64,000 nt of DNA from Luteimonas sp. (GTDB lineage Bacteria > Pseudomonadota > Gammaproteobacteria > Xanthomonadales > Xanthomonadaceae). The stretch lies in NCBI GenBank assembly GCA_041918855.1, contig JAYRUX010000014.1:778-64777 (forward strand), in the 5' to 3' direction. The position numbers were made by a program, and so were the translations under genes. Shown piece after piece: positions 56,978 to 64,000 of the stretch (position 1 is the stretch's first letter; every line of letters starts with the position of its first letter). The notes beneath the pieces were generated by a model. The model had not been told where the DNA came from. It saw only the letters and a program-made list of their open reading frames with translations, and searched no databases.

Positions 56978-57460
56978 TCAGTCCACCAGCTCCATCGCCA
57001 TCACGATCGCGTCTTCGCGACCGTTGCGCGCCGGGTAGTAGCGCGGGCGGCGCCCGATCTCGTTGAAGCCCTCGTCGTGGTACAGGGCGATGGCGTTCGG
57101 GTTGGACGGCCGCACCTCGAGGTAGACGCGCCGCGCGCCGTTGCCGCGGGCGATGTCGACCAGCGCGCGCAGCAGGCGCCGGCCATGGCCGCGCCCGTGC
57201 AGCATCGGTTCGATGCAGATGTTGAGCACGTGCGCCTCCTCGGCGGCGATGCTCACCACGCCATAGCCCATGATCCGGCCTCCGTCGTGCATCACCCAGG
57301 CCGGATAGCCGGCACGGAGGCAGTCGCGGAAGATGCCGGGCGTCCACGGGTAGGGATACGCCCGGCGCTCGATCGCCATCACGGTGTCGAGATCGTCCTC
57401 GCGCATTGCCCTCAGCGCGGCCCGCGGGGGGCCCACGGCGTCGGCGGGCAGCGCCGTCAT
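56978..57460 (-). CDS. rimI: Ribosomal protein S18 alanine N-acetyltransferase
   Basis: EEAHVLNICI, GRGHGRRLL, LEVRPSN, RPRYY...EDAIVM. Confidence 0.94.
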   Translation of the reverse strand: MTALPADAVGPPRAALRAMREDDLDTVMAIERRAYPYPWTPGIFRDCLRAGYPAWVMHDGGRIMGYGVVSIAAEEAHVLNICIEPMLHGRGHGRRLLRALVDIARGNGARRVYLEVRPSNPNAIALYHDEGFNEIGRRPRYYPARNGREDAIVMAMELVD

Positions 57461-57726
57461 CGTGGCTCCGGCGCCCGCCTGCGCAGGGTCCGCAGCCGCG
57501 GCCACAGCGCGCGCTTGGCAGCCGCGTCGCCGCGCAGCGCGGCAACGGGTGGCCACGTGCGGTGCAGGTCCCAGGCGTCGCCGTCGTCGGCCGTGCGTCC
57601 GGCCGCGCGCAGCAGCGCATGCAGCAACGGGTCGTCGGGGAGCACCGGACGCATCGGCGCGGCCCGCTCCAGGACCACGTGCCCCAGCGCCTCCAGGACT
57701 ACGCGCTGCAGCGGATCCCAGTTCAC
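57457..57726 (-). CDS. 89-aa protein, candidate minimal DNA Pol III psi subunit (HolD-like)
   Basis: GTG start overlaps the pssA stop and its stop overlaps the rimI start. Motifs LEALG, DPLLHALLRA and LRGDAAAKRALW resemble HolD. The CDS is more certain than the function. Confidence 0.65.
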   Translation of the reverse strand: MNWDPLQRVVLEALGHVVLERAAPMRPVLPDDPLLHALLRAAGRTADDGDAWDLHRTWPPVAALRGDAAAKRALWPRLRTLRRRAPEPR

Positions 57727-58496
57727 GCGGCCCCGTCCTCCGTCCGCGCGCGGCGGCGCCACAGCCACTGTGCCGGCCCGGACAGCGCATACAGCACCGA
57801 CACCGCCAGCAGCGTCTTCGGCGGATCGATCCACAACGCGATCAGCGCCGCCACCGCGATCAGCAGCGCCACGAACGGCACCCGGTCGGAACGCGGACCG
57901 GTGCCGCTGCCCTTGAAGCTGGTGTAGCGGATGCGGCTGACCATGAGCAGCCCGCAGGCGATGGTGATCGCCAGGGCAACGTAGCGCAGGGAGCTGCCGC
58001 CGAGCCCCAGCTGGTGCAGGGTCCAGACCGAGCTGGCCATGACGCCGGCGGCGGCGGGGCTCGCCAGCCCGATGAACCAGCGCTTGTCGACGCTGCCGAC
58101 CTGGCTGTTGAACCGCGCCAGCCGCAGCGCCGCGCATGCGGCGTAGAGGAATGCCGCCAGCCAGCCCACCTTGCCCATGGTGTTGCCGTCGAGCTTCATC
58201 GCCACCAGCGACCAGTGGTACATGACCAGCGCCGGCGCCATGCCGAAGCTCACCAGGTCGGCCAGCGAGTCGTACTGGACGCCGAACTCGCTCTGGGTAT
58301 TGGTGAGCCGCGCCACGCGCCCGTCGAGGCCGTCGAGGATGCCGGCGACGAAGATGGCGATGCAGGCGGCGTCGAAGCGGCCCTGCGACGCCGCGATGAT
58401 GGCGAAGAACCCCGCGAACAGGCCGCCGGTGGTGAACAGGTTCGGCAGCAGGTAGATGCCGCGACCACGGGTCGTCGGCGGGCGGGGTGCGTCCAT
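57723..58496 (-). CDS. pssA: CDP-diacylglycerol--serine O-phosphatidyltransferase
   Basis: LLPNLFT, DGLDGRVAR, QYDSLADLVSFG, RLARFN. Confidence 0.94.
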   Translation of the reverse strand: MDAPRPPTTRGRGIYLLPNLFTTGGLFAGFFAIIAASQGRFDAACIAIFVAGILDGLDGRVARLTNTQSEFGVQYDSLADLVSFGMAPALVMYHWSLVAMKLDGNTMGKVGWLAAFLYAACAALRLARFNSQVGSVDKRWFIGLASPAAAGVMASSVWTLHQLGLGGSSLRYVALAITIACGLLMVSRIRYTSFKGSGTGPRSDRVPFVALLIAVAALIALWIDPPKTLLAVSVLYALSGPAQWLWRRRARTEDGAA

Positions 58497-58632
58497 CGGC
58501 GCAGTGTAGCCGCTCGTCCGCGGCGTCCGCACGGCCGCCATGGCGTGCGGTCACGGATCCGGGCGGGGGCGCTTGCGCCGCCGGGGCGCGGGTGCTGCAA
58601 TCGCCGCCTCGCATCCCGCTGGAGTGGTTCCC

Positions 58633-59022
58633 ATGCAACGCATCCTCTTCGGCGCCCTTCTCGCCGCCGCCGGCCTCGGCGCCGCGCACGCGCAACAGCC
58701 GGCCGCCGAGGTCTACCAGTGGCAGGACGCGAACGGTGTCACCCATTTCTCGCAGACGCCACCGGCGAAGGGTGCGTACCAGCAGCGTGCGATCACCAAC
58801 ACCGGCAGCGCCGCGCCGGTCGCGCAGGCGACGACGGCGGCGGCCGCCGAGAGCAGCCAATGCACCACCGCACGCGGCAACATCGAGGCGCTGCAGGGCG
58901 ACACCGCGGTGCAGCAGGACACCGACGGCGACGGCACCCCGGACAAGGTCCTGGATCCCGCCGAGCGCGCCGCGCAGCTCGAGTTCGCGCAGGCGGCGGT
59001 CAAGGCCTTCTGCGCCAGCTGA
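58633..59022 (+). CDS. DUF4124-like secreted protein
   Basis: Signal peptide; VYQWQDANGVTHFSQTPP; Cys pair. Confidence 0.82.
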   Translation: MQRILFGALLAAAGLGAAHAQQPAAEVYQWQDANGVTHFSQTPPAKGAYQQRAITNTGSAAPVAQATTAAAAESSQCTTARGNIEALQGDTAVQQDTDGDGTPDKVLDPAERAAQLEFAQAAVKAFCAS

Positions 59023-59040
59023 TCCCGGGAGATCGCCCGC

Positions 59041-59337
59041 GTGCGCCTGGGCTGGGCCATCGCCGCCGGACTCGCCGCCGGCATCGCGGTCGCATGGTGG
59101 CTGTCGCGGGAATCGCCTGAAGCGGCCGCCGAAAAACGCCTGCGCGCCGAACAGGCCGCCTCCGCCGGAGCCGCCGACGCACGACCCGTACTCTACCGCT
59201 GGACCGACGCCGGCGGCGTCGTCCAGGTCACCGACACCCCACCGCCCGGCGGCCAGCGCTACGACACCGTCGACCTTTACCCCCGCGACGGCATCGAAGT
59301 CCACGGCGGTCGCGAAGCGTCGGCCCTGCCGGACTGA
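59041..59337 (+). CDS. DUF4124-like membrane-anchored protein
   Basis: N-terminal TM; LYRWTDAGGVVQVTDTPP. Confidence 0.78.
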   Translation: MRLGWAIAAGLAAGIAVAWWLSRESPEAAAEKRLRAEQAASAGAADARPVLYRWTDAGGVVQVTDTPPPGGQRYDTVDLYPRDGIEVHGGREASALPD

Positions 59338-59374
59338 CCGCCCCGCTGGCAGAGGCGCTGGCGGCACGCCTCCG

Positions 59375-59635
59375 CGCCATCGGAGGCGCAACTGCAGGGT
59401 GACTCCGCGCTCCAAGGCTCGCGCGATCGGAGGCGGACCTGCGGGGTGACTCCGCCGACTGGTCCCTTCGGGCCCTTTATGTCGGCTGCGCACCCCGCAG
59501 CCCCGCCTCCTCGACGAGACAGCGCGGCACATGCTGTTTTCAACTGCCCGGACCCGTCGGCGGGCGGGTGGTGTGTTCCGCAGCGGACATAAAGGTCCCG
59601 AAGGGGCCAGTCCGCGGAGGAATTCACCACTCGCC
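59375..59635. repeat. Composite structured repeat (34-bp direct repeats plus 41-bp inverted repeats)
   Basis: Direct repeats 59375-59408 / 59422-59455 (30/34 identical); inverted repeats 59450-59490 / 59579-59619 (37/41 identical). Confidence 0.8.
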
Positions 59636-59766
59636 AGCCCGCGCCGCGCCCGCTACAGGCTGTTGACACCGGGTGCGTCATTTCACGTGACGTTTGCCGC
59701 ATCGGCGGCACCCTCGCCACGGGCGCAGGCGCGCGGAGCCACGACATCGCCAGGATCGTCCCCACT

Positions 59767-60768
59767 GTGACCGGCGGCGCGACCGCTGGCCCTGCGGTGG
59801 CCATTTCGGCCGCGCTGCTGCTGTGTGCGTGCGGAGGCAACCAGTCCGCGCTGCTGCCGGCCGGTAGCGAAGCGACCGCGGTCGCGCGGCTGTTCTGGGT
59901 CATGGCCGCGGGCGCGGGCCTGGTCTGGCTGGTCGTAATCGCGCTGGCGCTCTACGCCTCGCGCAGCCGCGCCCACGCGCCTGCGGCCGGCCGACGCCTG
60001 ATCGTCATCGGCGGCGTCATCGTCCCCACCGTCGTCCTTGGCACGCTGCTGGTGTACGGCCTGCGGCTGATGCCACCGCTGCGTGAGCCCGGCGCCGCCG
60101 ACGGCCTGGTGGTCGAGGTGTCCGGCGAGCAATGGTGGTGGCGCGTGCGCTACGTCGACCCGCGGAACCGCACGGGTGCTGTCGACGCGGCCAACGAGGT
60201 CCGCCTGCCGGTCGGCGAGCGCACGACGTTCCGCCTGTCCAGCCCGGACGTGATCCATTCGTTCTGGATCCCCGCGCTGGGCGGGAAGATGGACATGATC
60301 CCCGGCCGGGTGACCACCCTGGTGCTGGAGCCGGACCGCGTGGGGCGCTGGCGCGGCGTGTGTGCGGAGTTCTGCGGCGCATCGCATGCGCTGATGGCGT
60401 TCGACGTCGAGGTCATGGCGCGGGCCGATTTCGATCGCTGGCTCGCCGCGCAGGCGGCCCCGGCCGCCGTGCCAGCCGATGACCTCGCCGCGCATGGGCG
60501 CACGCGTTTCATCGCGAGCGGCTGCGGCGCCTGCCATGCCGTCCGCGGCGATCCTGGCGTCGGCCGCGGCCGCTACGGCCCCGACCTCACCCACGTCGGC
60601 AGCCGTCCGAGCCTGGCCGCGGGCACCCTCCCCAACGACGCACGCGCCTTCCGCACCTGGATCGAGCGCACCCACCGCATCAAGCCGGAGGCGCTGATGC
60701 CGGCGTTCGACATGCTCCCCGCGGACGAACTCGATGCCATGGCGGCCTACCTGGAGTCGCTGCAATGA
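59767..60768 (+). CDS. coxB: Cytochrome c oxidase subunit II with fused cytochrome c (caa3-like)
   Basis: Lipobox-like LCAC; QWWWRVRY; CuA motif HSFW...CAEFCGASHALM; CGACH heme c site. Confidence 0.92.
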   Translation: MTGGATAGPAVAISAALLLCACGGNQSALLPAGSEATAVARLFWVMAAGAGLVWLVVIALALYASRSRAHAPAAGRRLIVIGGVIVPTVVLGTLLVYGLRLMPPLREPGAADGLVVEVSGEQWWWRVRYVDPRNRTGAVDAANEVRLPVGERTTFRLSSPDVIHSFWIPALGGKMDMIPGRVTTLVLEPDRVGRWRGVCAEFCGASHALMAFDVEVMARADFDRWLAAQAAPAAVPADDLAAHGRTRFIASGCGACHAVRGDPGVGRGRYGPDLTHVGSRPSLAAGTLPNDARAFRTWIERTHRIKPEALMPAFDMLPADELDAMAAYLESLQ

Positions 60769-63290
60769 GCGCCGGAGCCGAACTCGCCCCGCCCGCCCCG
60801 CCTGCCGAAAGCCCGGAGGCACGGCGGCTGATGGCGGCATGGGAGACGCCCACCGGCTGGCGCTACCTGTCCGCGGTGAACAACAGCGAGGTCGGGCGCT
60901 GGTACACCGCGATGTCGTTCGTGTTCTTCCTGTTCGCGGGCGTGCTCGCGCTGCTGATGCGGGTACAGCTCGCGGTGCCCGACAACGACTTCGTCGACGC
61001 CGACACCTACAACCAGCTCTTCACCCTGCATGGCTCGGCGATGATGTTCCTGTTCGCGGTGCCGGTGTTCGAGGCGTTCTCGATCCTGATCCTTCCGCAG
61101 CTGCTCGGCGCGCGGGAACTGCCGTTCCCGAGGCTGTCGGCGTTCGGCTTCTGGTGCTTCTTCATCGGCGGCATCTTCGTGTGCGGCTCGATCTTCTTCG
61201 GCGCCGCGCCCAAGGGCGGCTGGTTCATGTACCCGCCGCTGGCCACGGACTACCAGGACGGCCTCGGCGCCGACATCTGGCTGCTCGGCCTGTCGTTCAT
61301 CGAGATCGCGTCGATCGCGGCCGCGGTCGAGCTGATCGTGGGCGTGCTGAAGACGCGGCCGCCGGGCATGCGCATCAACCTGATGCCGCTGTATGCGTGG
61401 TACATCCTGGTGGTGGCGGCGATGATCCTGTTCGCGTTCCCGCCGCTGATCGCCGGCGACATCCTGTTCGAGCTGCAGCGCGCGCTGGACTGGCCGTTCT
61501 TCGACCCGGCGCGCGGCGGCGACCCGGTGCTGTGGCAGCACCTGTTCTGGATCTTCGGCCACCCCGAGGTCTACATCGTGTTCCTGCCGTCGATCGCGCT
61601 GGTGGCGATGATCGTGCCCACCTTCGCGCGCCGCCCGATGATCGGCTACAGCTGGATCGTGCTGGCGGCCGTGGGGACCGGCTTCCTCAGCTTCGGCCTG
61701 TGGGTGCACCACATGTTCACCACCGGGCTGCCGAACATCTCGCTGGCCTTCTTCTCCGCGGCGTCCGAAGCGGTGGCGCTGCCCACCGGGGTGCAGATCT
61801 TCGCCCTGCTGGCGACGGTCCTCGCCGGTCGCGTGGTGCGCTCGGTGCCGATGCTGTTCGTGATGGGTGCGCTGGCGATCTTCGTCCTCGGCGGCCTCAC
61901 CGGGGTGATGGTCGCGGTGGCACCGTTCGACTTCCAGGCGCACGACACCTACTTCGTCGTCGCCCACCTGCATTACGTGCTGGTCGGCGGCATGCTGTTC
62001 CCCGTCATCGCGGGCACCTACTACTACTTCCCCGTCGCCACCGGGCGGCAGCTCTCCGAACGCGCCGGTCGCTGGGCGTTCTGGCTGATGTTCGCCGGCT
62101 TCAACGTCGCCTTCCTGCCCATGCACCTCACCGGGCTGCACGGCATGCCGCGCCGCGTGTACACCTATGGCGCCAGCCAGGGCTTCGACGTGCTCAACAT
62201 GGTGTCGACCGTCGGCGCCTTCGTGCTCGCGGCGGGCGTGGTCGTGATCGTCGTGGATGCCGTGCGCGCCGCGCGCAGCCGCACGCTGTCGCCGCGCAAT
62301 CCCTGGGGCGCGGGGACGCTCGAATGGCTCACCGAGATCCCGGGCCGGCCATGGGGCGTGCGCTCGATCCCGATCGTGCGCAGCCGCTACCCGCTGTGGG
62401 ACCAGCCGGGGTTCGTGCGCGACGTCGACGCCGGGCGCTACTACCTGCCCGATGCCGCCGAGGGCCTGCGTGAAACGCTGGTCACGAGCACCATCGACGC
62501 GCATCCGATCCAGTGCCTGCGCGTCCCCGGCCCCACCTTCCTGACCCTGTGGGCGGCTGCCTTCACCGGCGGGGCCTTCATCTTCCCGGTGTTCCAGATG
62601 TACGGCGCGGCGGCGGTGAGCGGGGTACTCGCCCTGGTGGCGATCACCGCATGGACGTGGACCGGCACCGCGCTGCAGCCGGAGAAGCCGGAGAAGGACG
62701 TCGGCCTCGGCCTCACCCTGCCGCTGTACGCGTCGGGCCCGGTGTCGGTGGGCTGGTGGGCGATGTTCATCACCATGATCGGCGACATGACCGCGTTCGC
62801 CAGCCTCGTGTTCGGTTACTTCTTCTTCTGGACGATCCACGACGATTTCCCGCCGGGCCCGGCCATGGGCCCGGGCCTCGCGTGGCCGCTGCTGGCGCTT
62901 TCCCTGCTGCTGGCGTCGTGGCTCCTCACGTGGCTGGCGCGCGGGCTCAACCGTCGCGACGCGGGCACGGGCTTCCACCTCGCGACCGCGCTCGCGGCGC
63001 TGTCCGCGCTCGGGGGTGCCACGGCGCTGCTCGCCGGGCCCTGGAGCCACGGGATGGACCCGACGGCGCACGTCTATCCGGCAACGGTCTGGGTGCTGTC
63101 GGGCTGGGCGGCACTGCATGCGGTGGCCGGCGCGCTGATGCAGCTGTATTGCATCGCTCGCCGCATCGCCGGGCGGATGACGGCAGCGCACGACATCGAC
63201 ATCCACAACGTGACGCTGTACTGGCACTTCGTGGCGATCACGGCGCTGGTGACGGTCGGCGTCACCGCCGGGTTCCCGAGGGTCGCCTGA
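60765..63290 (+). CDS. coxA: Heme-copper oxidase subunit I fused to a subunit III-like domain
   Basis: HGSAMMF, GHPEVY, WVHHMF, AHLHYV, GMPRR; C-terminal about 180 aa with YWHFV resemble subunit III. Confidence 0.93.
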   Translation: MSAGAELAPPAPPAESPEARRLMAAWETPTGWRYLSAVNNSEVGRWYTAMSFVFFLFAGVLALLMRVQLAVPDNDFVDADTYNQLFTLHGSAMMFLFAVPVFEAFSILILPQLLGARELPFPRLSAFGFWCFFIGGIFVCGSIFFGAAPKGGWFMYPPLATDYQDGLGADIWLLGLSFIEIASIAAAVELIVGVLKTRPPGMRINLMPLYAWYILVVAAMILFAFPPLIAGDILFELQRALDWPFFDPARGGDPVLWQHLFWIFGHPEVYIVFLPSIALVAMIVPTFARRPMIGYSWIVLAAVGTGFLSFGLWVHHMFTTGLPNISLAFFSAASEAVALPTGVQIFALLATVLAGRVVRSVPMLFVMGALAIFVLGGLTGVMVAVAPFDFQAHDTYFVVAHLHYVLVGGMLFPVIAGTYYYFPVATGRQLSERAGRWAFWLMFAGFNVAFLPMHLTGLHGMPRRVYTYGASQGFDVLNMVSTVGAFVLAAGVVVIVVDAVRAARSRTLSPRNPWGAGTLEWLTEIPGRPWGVRSIPIVRSRYPLWDQPGFVRDVDAGRYYLPDAAEGLRETLVTSTIDAHPIQCLRVPGPTFLTLWAAAFTGGAFIFPVFQMYGAAAVSGVLALVAITAWTWTGTALQPEKPEKDVGLGLTLPLYASGPVSVGWWAMFITMIGDMTAFASLVFGYFFFWTIHDDFPPGPAMGPGLAWPLLALSLLLASWLLTWLARGLNRRDAGTGFHLATALAALSALGGATALLAGPWSHGMDPTAHVYPATVWVLSGWAALHAVAGALMQLYCIARRIAGRMTAAHDIDIHNVTLYWHFVAITALVTVGVTAGFPRVA

Positions 63291-63291
63291 G

Positions 63292-63720
63292 ATGGCGCGG
63301 GCACAGACGCCGCGGCAGGACGCCGAGCAGCTCCGGCATCGCGACCCGGCGCTGCCCGAAGGCGACGCCAGCCTGTGGCGGCTGACGACGGGCCCCGTGA
63401 TCTGGGCGCTGCATTTCCTCGCCTGCTACGTCATCGCCGCCGTGTACTGCGCGAAGGCGGCGTCCGCGGCCACGCCGCTGGACGACATCCGCCTGCAGCT
63501 CGGCGCGGCCACGGTGCTCGCGCTGGCGGCCATCGCATGGTCCGGCTGGCGCGGCTGGCGCCAGCACCGCCGGGGCGCCGAGCCCGCGCCACACGACGCC
63601 CCCACCGCGGGCGACCGCCACCGGTTCCTGGGGTTCGCCACCATGCTGCTGTGCGGGCTGTCGTTCGTGGCCGTGGTGTACTCGGGCTTCGTGCTCCTGG
63701 TCATCGGGACCTGCCGGTGA
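63292..63720 (+). CDS. Hypothetical membrane protein of the oxidase operon
   Basis: Three hydrophobic segments; coupled to coxA (1-nt gap) and to the next gene. Confidence 0.75.
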   Translation: MARAQTPRQDAEQLRHRDPALPEGDASLWRLTTGPVIWALHFLACYVIAAVYCAKAASAATPLDDIRLQLGAATVLALAAIAWSGWRGWRQHRRGAEPAPHDAPTAGDRHRFLGFATMLLCGLSFVAVVYSGFVLLVIGTCR

Positions 63721-64000
63721 GCCGCCGCGTCCCGGCACGGAGGGTCCATGGGCGGCAGGCGTCGCTGGCTGCAGGCATGGCGATCCTGCTGCTGGCGTGG
63801 CTGGGGCCGTTGCCGGCGATGGCGCGGCATGCGTTTGCCGCGCACATGGGGATGCACCTGCTGGTCGTGGCGGTGGCGGCGCCCCTGCTCGCGGTCGGCG
63901 TGGCGCGGAGCGGCCTCGATCCGGTGCACCGCTGGCCCGCCGCCTTCCCGGCACTGCCGGCGACGGTGGTTGAGTTCGTGGTGGTGTGGGCATGGCATGC
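63717..64000 (+). CDS. caa3-type CtaG-like oxidase assembly protein (5' part; runs off the window)
   Basis: My translation from GTG 63717 gives ...FAAHMGMHLLVVAVAAPLL, matching the HM.QHLL...APLL motif of Caa3_CtaG. Not in the ORF track because it is incomplete. Confidence 0.7.
   Translation, partial: MSRRVPARRVHGRQASLAAGMAILLLAWLGPLPAMARHAFAAHMGMHLLVVAVAAPLLAVGVARSGLDPVHRWPAAFPALPATVVEFVVVWAWH

Noticed and set aside
59663-59691. TTGACA upstream of the cox operon as a sigma70 promoter
   Set aside because: No acceptable -10 at 16-18 bp spacing. The nearby GTCA-N7-TGAC palindrome is too short to assign.

Overview
High-GC chromosomal window from a Xanthomonadaceae bacterium (Luteimonas/Lysobacter-like; inferred from gene order and the xps-type T2SS). 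It is mostly core genome. In order: the dcw cluster (mraZ-rsmH-ftsL-ftsI-murE-murF-mraY-ftsW-murC-ddl, with murG absent from its usual slot), RNase P RNA, rsmI/lpoA/yraN, a riboflavin cluster with an FMN riboswitch (glyA-nrdR-ribD-MTase-ribE-ribBX-ribH-nusB-thiL), ettA/pyrF/pncB, a complete xps type II secretion cluster followed by two glycosyltransferases, purL-dsbC-xerD, lptFG, pepA-holC-valS, rimI-pssA, and the start of an accessory caa3-like oxidase operon. No CRISPR array, tRNA, rRNA, prophage or transposase was seen. The best leads are: (1) a heme-copper oxidase with an intact catalytic site whose K-channel Lys, subunit II entry Glu and D-channel Asp/Asn are all replaced; (2) an unannotated 89-aa ORF before rimI that looks like a minimal DNA Pol III psi (HolD); (3) two tandem Fe/2OG dioxygenase paralogs inserted in the riboflavin operon; (4) murG missing at a seamless ftsW/murC junction; (5) a secreted protein gene with a Clp/CRP-like site inserted between xpsE and xpsF; (6) several structured intergenic repeats, one showing covariation. 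All protein assignments come from motif recognition and synteny; no database searches were run.
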